This document shows positions 26,233-41,156 of a stretch of 64,000 nt of DNA, one piece after another; within the stretch, counting starts at the first letter, position 1; the number at the start of each line of letters is the position of its first letter. Source of the stretch: Tubulanus polymorphus (lineage: Eukaryota; Animalia; Nemertea); NCBI RefSeq assembly GCF_964204645.1, contig NC_134032.1, forward strand, positions 9,660,275 through 9,724,274, written 5' to 3'. The notes under the pieces were generated by a model, which was not told where the DNA came from, made no database searches, and saw nothing but the letters and a program-made list of their open reading frames with translations. Made by a program: the position numbers and the translations under genes.

Positions 26233-27544
26233 ATGTTAGAGGAAGGGCGTGGCGATTAAATCAAAGCTGATATAGAGCATCGGGACTGACCGTGGATCTA
26301 AGGCCGAGCCAAATGATGTTGTCAGGCTTTATGGCTACCTAGGCTTCCACGAGTAACGATTCAAACATTTCCAGAGAAAGAGATAGATTTGGTGAGAAAA
26401 GTTGATACAGTTTAAAGAACGATGATTAGAATTAGTGAACACGAATGGTACATATACACATATAGAAAATTACACATTTAAAACATCTACAGAAAATTCA
26501 TCGACCCTACACAGAAAATATGACTGCCTTCGTATACTCCCCCTATGACGTCATAATCGTTTTGCCTATAATACCGATATCACCGCATATACCATAGAAT
26601 TAACAGAAAAGCCCGTATTCGTTTCAAATCACCGTGAAAGTTTAATGTGGCTAATCTATGACGTCATAGGGAGATTATGGGTAGGCGCGCGGCCATATTT
26701 TCATGAAAGGTCTCGCATAGTGATCGCGAAGTATACAGAAGGCCGTTCACACTTGCTGTCGTGAAAGGTACGCTAAAAACCCGTTCCTTTAAAAAAACGA
26801 GAAATCCCACCACTATTTTACGAGAAAGGAAAAAATGTGAAAGTTTTTAATTTAACGCAAAGTCCTTTTGCGAACTTGGTCTGGAAATATTTTTTTTGTT
26901 CGGCATTTTAAATACAAGATTTTTAGGGTCGTCGTAGGTATGGTATGTAAATGTACGAAAGTGATAATCATAATAATTATAATCATAATCATAAAACGTC
27001 GAAATACCACCAGCACAACACCCAATAAATATAGATAAACTATGAAATATTTTAAGAAAAGTACGAAAAGAGTTAACTACCATAGAACCGATACAAAAAG
27101 CGAAAATCGAATGATTTAGTTGTAGGTTTTTTTTTGGTTGAAGATTTCGAAGAAATAATAGAAAAGGCAGGATATATAAAAATATAGACAAAAACCAAAA
27201 TAATGCTTTAAGCAGCAACGAGCCTCGTAATAGCGGAAAACCGAGCCGAACCGAACGAATATAGTGTCGCCCCCTAGCGCTTTCGATCGGAAACGTTACG
27301 CTAACAGCCCTTATGAACGCGAGAAACACTTCAAATATCGACCCGCAGAGTGCTTCCGTCGTGCGCCAGGTCACGCACCTGTTTTCGTCACGTGGTACGT
27401 TGCTTAAGTACCACAAGGGAAATTTTCGCAGCTTTCACAGTCCAGGACCAATTCAATAGTAAAAACATTTGAAATCATATATTTCGACTTGAAAGTCAAA
27501 TCTAACCCCACGAGATCCCTTTCCACAAATGTCGGTAAGATTTC

Positions 27545-27757
27545 GGCTAAAAATTGAAACCTGGTTTCTCATTTCTGCTGTGCTCGAAAGCTGACCCAGC
27601 CGGCCGCCTACATGCCCTGTACATCATTTTTTTAAATCTTCAAAATATTTTCAACTTTTACCATAACACAACTATAGAAATGAACTGGATTAGAAATTTT
27701 ATTCGGGTTTATAAAACGACCCGGTCGATTAGGAGAAACGAGGTATCATTTTTAGCT
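27545..27757. mobile_element. MITE family E copy
   Basis: ggctaaaaattgaaacctggtttctc...gagaaacgaggtatcatttttagct. A further fragment lies at about 52840-52905. Confidence 0.7.
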
Positions 27758-28251
27758 TTAACTCTAAAGTAAAATTTATTGATTTCAAACTCTTGAGTCG
27801 AACAACCGTAATTCCAACCCAAAACTGTCGAAACAGGTTCGTGAGCCAGCGGGTCCGGGACGTGAAATGCAAAATATTCCAACGGAAATACACGCATTTT
27901 ACCTCGGATTCGGCTCCACAGTCGAGTGGATTAGATTTGTCTCTGAACCCAGATTGTGAATTAGATCAACTACGAGTTAAAACTAGTGCTTCATTTTCAG
28001 TTAACTACTAGTCGAATCCTAACTCACAACACAGCAACTAGGTCATGATAATTAAATTCGATATAGTGTATTTTTGGAATCTTAGATTTAACATGAATCA
28101 AAATTGATCGTAAATTATTGTACAGCTGACACGACTGTGGAAGTGGGTTTTTTAGTATCGAAGCATAAAAAATGCGTATATTTTATAGATTTGTGGGGTT
28201 TTTTCTAGTACGACTCGGTTTTCCCCTGTAAGCAGGCGGCGCAGTTAATAC

Positions 28252-28398
28252 CTGGATTAGACCCAACGTCCAGAAGACGAGGCGCCGAGAGTTTATCGAC
28301 CGTCCCAGCACTATTACTCTGAGGTCGGGTCCTTTGGTTGTTCGAATCATCACTTTGATGATTCAACATCAACATGGGGATCATTTCTTCACCATTCC
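28252..28398 (-). CDS. Shaw: Shaw/Kv3 C-terminal tail exon (inferred)
   Basis: 147 nt, phase 1-1, open: (G)NGEEMIPMLMLNHQSDDSNNQRTRPQSNSAGTVDKLSAPRLLDVGSNP. Acceptor atctttAG, donor GTATTA. In phase with the core exon. Confidence 0.6.
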
Positions 28399-29730
28399 CT
28401 AAAGATTATATAAACCAATCAGTATCGTCGAATTATCATTTATCGATTATCGATTAGTAAGCTTTTATCGGTTATTATCGATTCTAGGCTGAATATTCCG
28501 CCTACGACACGGAAAGAGATGTCCGTCGATTTTCGTTCGAATTTTCCTTCGAATGCTGGAAAAATATCGCGTCGGAAAAAACGAACAACACGGAATCGCT
28601 GATGCGATCGGTTGTCGCAATCGACAAATCGCGTGCGGTTTCGCGTCGTTTCGGCCAATCAGAGTTGTTAGAAAAAAATTTCGACCAATAGAATACATCG
28701 TCCTAGATCATTTACATACACGGAAATTCGAATTCAGAAAAAAAATTGAATTTCATTTTTTCTATTAATCTTAAATTTGTTTTTTCTTCTTTTTTTTAAT
28801 TTCGTCGATCAAAAACAAAATCGATATTAATGATAAGTTTATTTGGAAAATGGAATCAAAAAATTCTTCAATTTCTCTTTTGTCTAGAATGCATGCGAAT
28901 TCTAGCAAGCTTGTTTAATTTCGAAATTCTTATCAATAAGTTTTTTGAAAATATGCGATATGCAATTTAAAAGAATTTCAAAATGCCGTTTTGCCATAAA
29001 ATTTGCTGCAAGGTGTTTCGCCGACGCCTCATAAGCGGAATGCCGTTTCGTCGAATTAAAAAAAAAATTGATTACATTCAAATTAGGAAAAATTGTAGTG
29101 TAAAAATTACCATTGAGTGCTAATTTCTAAAATACAATTTTCATTTTAAGAAATTGTTTTTCTAAATACATGTAAAATCGAATAAAAAATGAAGTGCCAC
29201 CATGCCAAGGAGTTAGATAAGTATGATTATTTAGTGATAAGTGATTGGTAAGTTAGCGTTTTAAAGATAAATTATTTCGGGTTCGGAGCAATGCTGAAAA
29301 TTCCGTTCATCTCAATCGAATTCGCATTAAAAAAAAGAACATTTGAAAATTGGTTTCCTAAAATGTAATTTTTGGGGTTTTTAAGAACGCCTGCCCAATT
29401 ACTACGGGCTAGTTACTTCAGTAAACGATCAATTAACTTAATTAACAATCGGTTATTAACTCGATGTTCAATTAATTAAGTCTAATCAATTAGGACTGAG
29501 TCATGTCAGCAAGCGTGTTCCAGCGTAAAGAGCGAAAGAAGTTCTAGCAATAAATATAGATATCAGTTGATTTACGGTTAACAGTATAGGGTGCGCTTCG
29601 ATGCGATATGCAACAGCGGGGTACCGGCACCACTACCTGTGGCAAGCGGAGATTTTGGAAGGATCCGCTAGGTTCACCAGCAGTTATTACATTGAAGGTT
29701 AAATTTCTTCAACATTTTTAGATACGGCGC

Positions 29731-29958
29731 CAGGGCGAACTTTGGTTTTCGTAGTTAGTCGACTAACAAAGTGATCGGAACTAATAACCGAACGCACTAT
29801 AGTTCGGCCGTACCGCATTTCAGTGTCGGTCTGAAACTAGGTCTCCGAAATTCAGCGTCCGTGCTTAATCCCGCGGTCGACCATATCCGCAACATAGTTC
29901 CGTCTAACTGAACTGACATTCGCTTTCGCTTTGAAACCGATAACCGAAGTTTGTCCGG
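29731..29958. mobile_element. hAT-like MITE family D, copy 1
   Basis: cagggcgaactttggtt...aaccgaagtttgtccgg; internally similar to 54000-54238. Confidence 0.7.
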
Positions 29959-31424
29959 ACGCCGCAGTTCGAACTATAGAATTAATTTTGACAGCATTAA
30001 CCAACAGTCAGTCACGCCATCTCGTGGCATAGAAATGTCAGCCTTTCATGTTTTCGTTGCTTGCTCGATAATATTGGAAATTGGGGAGTCAAAAAATACA
30101 GTTCGAGGCTTTTCATTCTAAACTAATTTTCACAGACGCCATCTGGTGGTGAGTGCTGGTACCCGATAAAAAGTGCACACATACAACTTAATACTACCGA
30201 CATAAATAGCGATTTAATCCAGATTTTTTAATACGTGCATATCGAAAAATTTTGTATCGTGTCATTTAAGTTTTAAGTGTGTTGAAAAGTGTGTTCAGTC
30301 TCATTCTTTGCTATAAATATTTACTCTCCGTCTCAAACGGCAGCCATTTTGTTTTCGATGAGGTCACTTGACCGAGAGCGCGTGACCATACACGCTAGCA
30401 AAAAACAACAAAACAAAAACAAAATGGTTTGCGCCGAACGCTCACTTTTAAAACATCGATCGCAAACGAAAAAACACAATAGCTTTCGGAAAAATTTGAA
30501 TTGATCAACAATTTGTGATAAAAGTAGGTAATCAGTGGTTAGCATATACTCATAATTATAATAGATAGTTAAAGAGTATAATCATAATTGAAAAAGTGAT
30601 AATTTTCTGTGATATAGTTTTCGGGTGATATATTGAGGGTGTTGATAAAGGAAATAGATAATGGTAGCAATCATGATGATAAAAATGATGATGATGATGG
30701 TAACGGGAAGATGAAAGCCGATTCGGCGGACGGAAGCAAACGATGAAGCATGCGGGATTTGATTAACGTTAGGAACACCAGGGGGCAGTATAATACGGTA
30801 CGACAGATAGATTTAACCTACGTTAAAACGAAAACCAATTCCCTAAATGATGAAATAGTCACCGGGAAGAAAGATATTTCTCGAAACTATTCTGAAATTT
30901 TAAAACTTGTTCAATCGATATTGACAAAATTGCCTATTCGGAATATCAATCTTGGCCGGGTATTTTTTCCAGATTTTTTGATTGGTCGGTTTGCGAAATA
31001 ACTAACGCGCGAAGCCAATCAGTCGGATGTAGTGATACTCTTCCCATTGGTGGTTATATTCGATGATCTTGCCAATAACAGGTGGTTTTGCTTCAAATGT
31101 GAAAGCTTTGTGTTTTCAGTTTTCATTGGTCCGCAGCTAGTAATGATCGTAATCTAACCAATCAAGTCACCTTTACAAAGAATCTTACTTTTTCCCCAAA
31201 CAAAAAAAAATGAATGCAGGATTATCTTCATACAGTATGGGTGACGTCACTACAGGAAAAAATAACGCACAGAAAGAGGACGAACAGAAAGGTTGTAAAC
31301 TACATTTTCGACGAGAACAGATAGAAAAAGATTAGAAACGAAATCTTATAAGTGGACAGGGATATTCTTGGATTTCTTCGACGTTCAGAACAAAGGTCTT
31401 AGTCTTTATCTCCAAGGCTTCGGG

Positions 31425-31815
31425 GTTCAGTTCCACAGCTTCAGCTGTGTGAACATATTCTGACTCTGAAAACAGTTCCAGAGCGGACTGGGTTTAATTT
31501 GACTTAAAGGATCGATTCGACACTTATGGCGGCTTAATTTGACTCTGGATCTAGTTCCACAAATTGTGTGGGTTTAATCCGACTGTGGATGCAGTTCCAC
31601 AGTTGTGCGGGTTTAATTCGACTCGGATACAATTCAACATTGTGTGGTTTTAATTTTACTCTGGATCCAGTTCCATCGGTTGTGTGGGTTCAATCCCATT
31701 CTGGGCCCAGGTCCATAGGTGCTTTGGACTTGCAGATGTTATGTAGGTTTTATTCACTGGATCCAGTTCCACAGTCATGTAAATCTGATTGGACTAATGA
31801 CCCAGTTCCACTCTA
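31425..31815. repeat. Degenerate minisatellite, about 38 bp
   Basis: Recurring ctggatccagttccacagttgtgtgggtttaatt. Confidence 0.8.
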
Positions 31816-34800
31816 ATTCCCTAACTATTCGGTTGAATTTTCAAGGCAAATGAACAACACAATTTTCTCATCTCATTCTCACGAGTTCATTGATCTATGG
31901 ATCTAAGGAAAAATGTAAAAATATACAGTTTTGGGAATTCAAACAAATTGGGCCCGTTTAGGAAATTATGCAGTATGTAAATTAAGCAAGTCAACATCGT
32001 TAACGCGCGCGGTTATTCTTAATTCAAGTGTTACTCAGAGAACTAGATATCCGTCGTCAAGTTGTGTCTGTCAAGTTTGTAAAATTCCCTCGAAGATTCC
32101 GAGGAGAATAAAGATATGAATAATAGAAATGATGATTAACGTTATTAGAAGTGACTTAAGGGGCGTCCAGCCTCTTTTCTAGCGGGAAACCCGGGGAATA
32201 AAGAAAAAAGGTTAACCGTATTTCTAAGGAGCTTTGGAAACGGGTTTGGGAAAACCTAAAACTAATTCGGTAAACTCGCAAACCAAAACTCAGTTTTGGA
32301 AAATAAAATGTTTGAGGTAAATTTGTTGAAACGATGAATAGCATAAACCAGTGTTTGAATAATACGGCAATTATATAGTATAATTTTTCGCATGCATTTG
32401 GGTATTAAGCACTGGTGGGTGTTAAACACCCTTTCATCCGGCAACTGTAGACCCATGTTAGGATACAATGGAAAATGGTGATCTACGTAATATGCATCTA
32501 AGGTTAGGTCCTTTATGTAGCAAGCAATTAAATCATAAAATCGTTTCGTGCACGGATGAATAATACCATCTTCCCTGAGAATACTTTGAAATTACGTCGA
32601 ATTTAGTTTAGAGCTGGAGCCGACGGTATCTATGTAAGTAAAGGATTTAAGGTGAATATGGAGATTTTCGCAAATTTGAAGCTTGCCACGAGCCTCTGCG
32701 ACGAAAATTGCAAGGCGTTCATAGTGAATGAGGCCCCTGGATCCAGGTCCACGTGTTGAATTCGACTTTTAGACGCGATGTATTTTTCGCGATGTCGCCA
32801 ACATAGCGGCGACCAATTTGTGAATATTCTTGAATAATTCTACCCTAATTGAAATTGAAGGCCGGAAATTGTATTCAAATTCCGACTAATTTCCGGTTGC
32901 CGGGCGATTCTGCTAAATATGGTTTCAAAACAAAATTTTCGAAACCATTCATTTTCATGAATATTGAGATAACAATTTTTATCTCTCTAAATAGCACGCT
33001 ATAGTATTTCTAATACAGCCTTGTTAACTAAACAAACGGGGCATCCAATTTCACGATACATGAGTAGTTCTTAATATGTTCAGAAGTTTGGCGAAATCTT
33101 CGAAAATCGACAACTGACTCCGGAGTCAATATAATAGTTCGTTTCAGTCAAATTACTCAAAAGTTAATTTCAAATATTCAAATTTGAGCAAAGTCTCTGA
33201 AAAGTCATGAACCAGGTAAGATAGGGTGTTTACTGCGACGCGGTTCTAAGCCCACCAGGGAAGATGGTATTTTGGTTAAACGAGTAATCATGTTAGCCAA
33301 AAATTGGTCGAAAATCCGTTTCGATTCCAACCGAAAAAAAAAAATCAGAACACAATTGAAAAAAAAACTCTGGTTTTCATCAACAAGCGCCTATAGCCAA
33401 ATATTAGTGATGCAAACAAATAACAGGACATGTCACTATGATACGATAGGCGGGCTCGAACTTAAGCGAGTAAGAGACAGAGCATCTGTATTTCCCAAAT
33501 TCTTACTCGGTATTTGACACCAATTAGGGTAGAATTTTACCTAGTTTAGACAGTCTACCGTATTAATCATAGTTACAAGCTTGCGCATTCACCAAAACAA
33601 CCCAAAACAGCCTTCCGGTTCATAGAGAATGATATAGGTTCGTCGCCGAACGTTCAGATGACGAACTAAATCTGTATCCAGTACAAGATTTAACAATCTA
33701 TATTTTCTTAATGCTATGGTAAATTTTATCCAATAGGTCTATAATTCTGAATATGTTCAACAACCTTTAAGATTGGCCACGATAAAATCATATTTCAAAC
33801 ATAAAATTTCTAATTTTAAATTCGTCAAAACTTTTGGGATTCGAACCTGATGAAACAGTTGCAAATTCGAAACACTTCAACTCCCTGTGTTTTGTTTTAA
33901 AACATATCTCGAAACGTCTGACTAAAATGTCACTCAAAATTCATTTCATTCATTTTTAAAAATTGCCAAAGAATCGTTGAAACTACAGCACCCTCTACGA
34001 CACCGGCGAGGCGTTTTTTTCGAATACAAAAAACCGATTTTTTTTCATTTTGTCATTCATTCATTCATTTGCATAAATTTGCATATACATTATATATTAT
34101 ACCATACCTCTTTCTACACGGGTGGTCAAACCTGCGTAGAGAATAAACAACAAATAAGAGAGAAGAAAATAATAGAAAAAGAAAGACCGTCGATTTCGTT
34201 TCTTTTTTCTCAATACAAAATATATATAATACGTAGCGACAAGTTCACTGAATATCACAGACGAAGAGCGGTAAGCAAATTAATAATATACGTAATCGAT
34301 ATTTAATTTCTATATATATATATATATATGTGAATGTTATTCGTACGCACATGTTACGCTACAGTGTTTTAATATCAATATCAAGATATGTATGAATATA
34401 TTTGTAAATAGATGCTGTTAAATGATATTATCGTGATATGCGATATTTCATATGAATGATAGCCTTATAGAGAGACGGTCGTAGTTCGTTTTTATCACCA
34501 AAATTCATGTTTATACAATACGCGTCTTCCTTTATGACTAGTGTGCGCCTCGAATCGGCGAGGGAAGGGTATTTCGAAAAGGGGTATTCCGACAGATAGA
34601 ATGACGTCACAGCAGAGTGAAGCTCTTACACGTAAAGAGGTGAGAAAAGCCGAGTAACGCACGCAATCGCGCAGACGAACAGATAGACGCGCTGACCGGT
34701 CCGTAAAAGATGGCTGCTTTCTCTAAATCACACTTTGACGTCACCAAATCTCCAACGTGCGATCAGATACACAGGCCCGACAAAAAAAGGAGAGTTTGGA

Positions 34801-34894
34801 CCATATCTAATCACTAGAGGGCGATTCGATGAAGTGTCATTACGGTGATCTAGGAGGCAGTCACCTTTTACATAAGTGTCTATTAAGTGATAAT

Positions 34895-35005
<111 letters not shown>

Positions 35006-36192
35006 TCATAGTTAATCGTTATGTTTTAGGTTTATGCATTTATTTATTTGTGTTTTGGTTTATTCTAAACATGTATAGTCATTTTAAATAGGATCTATCT
35101 TTAGTCCGTGTGGTGTTTAATTTCATCCAAGTCATCTTGGATTCATCTAATTCAATATATATCATTTTAAAGAGTATTGTGACTATTTCGGTTTGAACAC
35201 TGGGGCAACGTTCGGGACATACGTGACGTCATACGAAGCGCTGTCTACCGTTAACGAACGAAACGAACCACGTTCGAATTTTCCTAAGAATTTTGTTTTT
35301 TTCTAAGGACTCTAACCTTTATTTACACTATCATATCTAATATTACAACTTGCAACTAGAAGGCGCTAAACAACATCAAAAGGTACCAAGTTTTAGTGAA
35401 AATAACGAGCATCAATTCAACTCGCGAGGAGTTTGACACGACGAGGATGAGGGGCGTGGCTTGAATTATGAATGATAGATTAACTTCCACGGGCAATCGA
35501 TCGAAGTCACATGAACTCGAACTATTCGATTATTTTACGTATATCGATTTTGACTCGGCGTAATTTGTTAAAAAAGTATTTCAACAATTTCTTAAGCGAT
35601 TATCAGTGGTCATCGTGATAGTCATCTCGATAACACATCACGATAACATATTGTCTCAATTCAAAAGATCATTCTCTTCAATGCATTACTAATTCGTTGT
35701 AAACAAGTCACAGAAATACATTATTTATCTTTACGTATTAAATCTTAAATCAGTTTATCATTTGATTAACTTTCAACATTTTTAAATCGATTATTTTTTG
35801 AACACTTACTACGGAAAGGTATCATTTCCTGTATGGCCCCTCCTTGGGCTTAAAGAGAAAGAAAATAAAAGACGATAAAGCAGAGAAATCAAAAAATCAA
35901 TTTCGGTTCTTACACATTCACAAGAGGGATCGACGACCAACAGACAGAGACGCCATTTCTAATAATAACTCGCCTCATCACCGCTAGAAGGAGCCAGTTT
36001 TAGTTACTACTGCCGTACGTTTTAAACAGCACAAAATTTTCCGAATGTTCAAACAAAGGCAATCGAGGGATACCATGTAAGCTTAAGCGCAGCATGGTAA
36101 AGTTTTTTTTATGTCGACTTAAAATACAGAGTACGCCATTTACGCCATCTGGTGGCAGAGTTTGATAATTTGTGCTTATAACTGCAAAATTA

Positions 36193-36408
36193 GGCTAAAA
36201 CTTGATAAATTGTTTCTCTTTTTAGCTGAGCTTAAAAGGTTACCCGGTCAACCGCCTATATACCCTGTACAGTACTCCTTTCAAAATCACGATAGAGCAA
36301 AACAATAACACACCCGGTAGCTATCGAAATGAACTGATTACAAATTTTATTGTAGTTGTTACGAAATGACCCAGCCGATTGGAAGAAGCAAAGTATCTTT
36401 TTTTAGTC
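36193..36408. mobile_element. MITE family E copy
   Basis: ggctaaaa...tgtttctc...gctgagcttaaaag...cccggtagctatcgaaatgaactga...agtatctttttttagtc; TTA on both sides. Confidence 0.75.
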
Positions 36409-38720
36409 TTATGACATAAATTTCGGAGTATTTTTCGAATTCACGAACAGCTCAGATTTAGGGCTCCTTCTAGTCTCGGTAACGGCGCGACTTACTGTTT
36501 TATAACGAGGAGTCACATCGGTTCATACGACGATTTACGAACAATTTCGGGTTTTTACGATCGAATTACTTTTACAATTATTTTTCAATGTTTTCAACTA
36601 GTTATCATTTCGAACGATGAACGATGCACAATAAACTTTATGTTTTATGCAACCACGATTCGAACAGAAATAGACAAAAAATAACGGAAAACGAAAAATT
36701 TGAAACGTGCCTTTTTTCAGAAAACATCAAAACAATCAAAATGGTTCGTTTAGAATTTAGGATTTTGAAGCACCATTTTTTTTCACTTGCACACGTATCG
36801 AGTGCAACCTTTTCTAAAGATGGCAACCACGCTAGGCTATAGCATCGTGCGCCATTTCATACAATACGATGGTGTACCGCAAGGTTACGACCAAATACCA
36901 CCTAATTTCATTTCCATAGCATAAGATACTTATTATAGAAAATTCATGCAAGGAGGGATACATGCATACATGCCATGCAAGGACGAGCTTCCAGTGATCG
37001 ACATGCTGACATTTTCTGAAGGCTTTTGTCAGAGGAACTAAGGATCTAGCGAACGATTTAATGTCAATTTGAGGTCAAAGCGAGGAGGCTAATTTCTTAA
37101 AGACGATCTATTTTTGTTCATAACAGAATTTCACACTTTATAGTCTGGTATTGTTAAAACCACGCGGATGAAATTTATCTCGATGGGCTGAGCACGAAGC
37201 TAAAACACCGTTCTGAAACGAGCGACCTTCGATTTTAAGCCGATGGCAGTGGTGGTGGTAGTGGTAGTGGTAGTAGTAGTAGTAGTAGTACGACAACTAC
37301 AATTATCACGTGATTCGTTGTTAATTATCAAGACGTTGACCTTCGAAAAAGATTCAAGGTCGTTGAGCGGCAGTTGTTATCGAATATAGAAAGACTTTCT
37401 TAATCAAAAGCTAATGACCAATTCTGATTTCAATTCGAATGCGCTGCTCTCTAGCGGCAAGCCAGAACACTGATAACGACGGTTACAATATTCACAAATT
37501 CAAATTCCGTTTGAATTCGATACCATCGGTATAACCGGATTACCAAATCGCGTCGGGTTTTCTTAATCTCGCGGAATATCGCGTTATCTCGCGGACAGGG
37601 AATGAGCGGAAGTCGATCGCATGCACGTGTGCACGATTCAAATAGACTACGGTTCGTTCTTGAATATTTGATGCTTTGAAAATGTCACTTAGAGCGTTGA
37701 TAAACCGCTCCTGCGCCAGACACAATTCGATATCGAGTAAATTTTTAATATCGGTTTCTCCTAAAGTTTTGCGACAGTTTTCCATATCATGACGACAGAA
37801 ATCCTGACGAAATCGACAGAACATAGATTCAATTCATTCAAATTTTTGGATACGCGCAATTTCGGTTCACAACAATACCAGACTGCGGTGTTTAAAACGC
37901 AGGTAACAATCTGCAGCCTGAACCATTCGATAAGACATTCACAAATTCTTATCACCATATCTGCATGATTACTTTTTGGGGGTCAGCGGATAAAATATCT
38001 TCAGTCCGTTGTTTGAAGTTCATTTCCGACGAAAAAGTGGTGATATCGTATCGAACGTTCAAAGGTTCTGCAGGTTCCAGATTGATACCCGTACTAGATC
38101 CAATACGAACTAATCTATATAGCATCCTCAAACCTATTTGACTTTCGTGTACGCTCGAACGACAGTGCTGACACCTGTCGTACGTTTCCTTAGTAACGCG
38201 TTGACAGATGATCGTGTCAGGTCTTATTGTGCCTATCTTTTTTCAAATTTAAAACTCAACGGGCGATAACGTCGGAAATGCCCCATTTGTCAAATGCAAT
38301 CATGCCAAGGATTAGGGAGAGTAGTGTATGTCACGAGATTGAATCGTGTTCGTTAATTCAAAATCACAACTAGAGTTTTTAATTTCGTGCGGATGCTATT
38401 TTCGACCGTAGAAGATAACGTCGGATTTCATCAAATTAGAAGTGTTTTATCATATATAGATTGTTTGTTAGCAAGTTAGATTTTGATTGTGACAAACTGA
38501 AGTATCTGCTTACTGGGCTAAAATTGTGATGTTTACGATGAGGTTTAAGGCGACTTTCGCAATATCGATGACTTCGACGATTCGATAAAATCACGTTTTT
38601 TAATCCCATATTGACGACCTTCTGATTCTCGACGACCACAACGATTCAGTAAAGCGATTTAGCGTTAGTGTCACGCCAAATTTCTCCAGACTATCGTGCA
38701 TTCAATCAAATATAGATCAT

Positions 38721-38830
38721 CAGTGGCAGATCCAGAGGCCAAGTTTGAAGGGCCACATCCCAAAAAGGGCTTTGTGATGACAATAGGTTGTATTCCCGCA
38801 CAAAGGGGATAATTTTGAAGATCCGCCCTG
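38721..38830. mobile_element. Short MITE (CAGGGGCGGATC-type ends)
   Basis: cagtggcagatc ... gatccgccctg. Related ends at 18041 (caggggcggatccag) and about 3882-4217 (caggcgcgaatctag...gcctg). Confidence 0.55.
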
Positions 38831-39159
38831 AATATTTGATTCAATGGATGACTCGCGAAATAACAAAATTACAGTTCTCGCGTAATACGAGATCTCAGCC
38901 GATACAGTGTAATATTGTCGTCTGGCCGTATTGACAGATCAATGAAATCTATTTGACCTGCAGGGATGATATATATTTGCGTAAGCGCCGTCGAAAATAG
39001 AAAATCGATTTTTCTAAATCATACGCTCTTATCGTCTGCCAATGATGATACATATTACATTCGGTAGTTTTTGATAAATCCGTTCAACTCGCATCAATCT
39101 TAATATCATCAGTAATTGAACTGGACGTGATACAATCGGTCCCTCTAAGCGAGCGTCGA

Positions 39160-39610
39160 TCAACCAATCGCGTAGCTAGCTGATTGCCGTATCCAATCAG
39201 AATACGGCAAACGAGGTCTTTTTAACCAATCACGCGTGCAGATATTTTAAGCTTATTCAATGATCCCGAACAGAAGTTCACCAATAAGCGAAAAGGAAAT
39301 TTGATTCGTTTACGAATTAAACCAATCGGTGCCATGCACTTGACACGTAAACCAATTAGTGTTACGTTGCACATTTGAGTCGTTATTAAGCCAATCAGCA
39401 TTTAGTAGTCATTACCTAGCCAATCATATATGGCCGAATATTAGCGTATTCATTAGCTATCCATATCGCTTAGATGAGACCGGAAGCCAATCGGCATGTT
39501 AATAGAGCAGCCAATCAGATATTCGGATAAGGAAAATAAACCAATCAGCAGTTCGAAAAGTCACGCATCAGCCAATCAGGTACGCAGATACTTAAGTTTA
39601 CCAATTACGT
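39160..39610 (+). promoter_or_regulatory. Oriented array of CCAAT boxes
   Basis: About 13 (A/G/T)CCAAT cores, mostly CCAATCA/G, nearly all on the + strand and about 30 bp apart, with dissimilar spacers. Confidence 0.6.
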
Positions 39611-41031
39611 TGCAACACATGCAAGAGAGTTTGAGATTTTTCTCAAGAAGTGGAATATTAGGAAATATTCAAAATACGGTTACACTTTAATTTTCTGGTT
39701 TAATTCATCAACGTATAATTGTATATTATTTTATAAATCTGAGAAAAGTTGAAATAAAGAAATTTCGTTGAAAAATGGTTTGATATTGGTTGTTATTCAT
39801 TATCATTATAATTCTTGTAGTACATAGATTTAACATCAAAAGATATATTTTTAGATATAAGATAAAAACTGTTTCGACAAAAATAACTCGAATAATATTC
39901 GCTCCAGCGCAAAAAATGAAACCCGAGTCAGCGACTTGAAAAATAAAATGAAATGCTATCCCCAGATTTAACAACGGGCGATAGGTCGGCCCTGGTGACC
40001 TGGGGATAGTTCAGATGCAGCCTCAATTGCACAGTCATGACTTAATGTCGATCTTCGGTGTAATGATGAATCTTGACTGCAACCCCGTTTTAGTCAGGAC
40101 TTAACATTCGACCGGTCTCGTCTAGTTTTGGTTAGCATTATCCGACCTTTAAGATCAGTCTTAGGTTACTTCACTTTCTAGAGCCGATCGTACAAATTAA
40201 GACCGGTGTTTGAGCCATTTTGGTACGTGAAACATACTAATTTGAGACTGAAGTCATGCCTGCACAATTAGGGCACAGATGTAGTAACATGCAACCAGCA
40301 ACATTCCGCAAATGGTTGGAAAACCGTGGCGCAAGAAACCGATAGGTTATAGAAGGATAGCGAGATGAGTGTTATAGTAAGTATCGATCAAGCTATAGAT
40401 GTAAAGTTTTAACAAGAGATATCGTTAATCGAAGGGTGTTCTTGCTATGCAGAATTTACAGGTAAAAACATTTGAACATTAATATATTCGCCGTCGATCA
40501 AGGCTAATGCAAGTATCAATCCGCAACTCGGAGCCACCCTTCAGATAAACTACAATCCGGAACCTCGAGTTCAGACGTTTATAATAATTGGAGATCTATT
40601 ACTGGAAGAAGGAGGAGGATCTAACGTCAGAAGGTCCAAGCAGCAGATTGATACTTGCATTAGACCATTCATTGTGGGCCCATTGCCAACGTTGGGCCTC
40701 GGGATATTACTGTCTTGGTTGGTTTCGGTTTTAAAGAACTCTCGGGAGCTATACGTTTGGAGTGTAAATTCAGACTAGTTGCCAAATCTTCCAAATCGCA
40801 AGCATTTCTCAATTGTGTTGGGGAGTTTCATAACTTTAGAGCCAGTAGCGTAGACCAGTTTTAACTTTGTTATAGGGTTGGAAGTCAACTTACAATGAAG
40901 TTTACACTGGAGCTTAAGTTAAGACCGATCTATTAAACTGGTGCCAGTGGACTATCTTTCAAATGAACAGTCAATAAAACCGAACCATATACGACACAAA
41001 AGCGCCAGAATTTGTTTCCTGACACCCTGGA

Positions 41032-41156
41032 TCATGATCTGGATCCAAGGAGCCGCAAACAAAAGGGCGTCGACAGGAACAAGGACGTTTGATAAGTCGA
41101 TTTGAATTTCCACAAAATAGAGAAGAAATTCATCCGACTTTTCGATGACTGTAGAC
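41032..41156 (-). CDS. Possible alternative terminal exon of Shaw
   Basis: Acceptor atttcattttCAG; phase-1 frame GLQSSKSRMNFFSILWKFKSTYQTSLFLSTPFCLRLLGSRS*. Support is splice signal and phase only. Confidence 0.25.
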
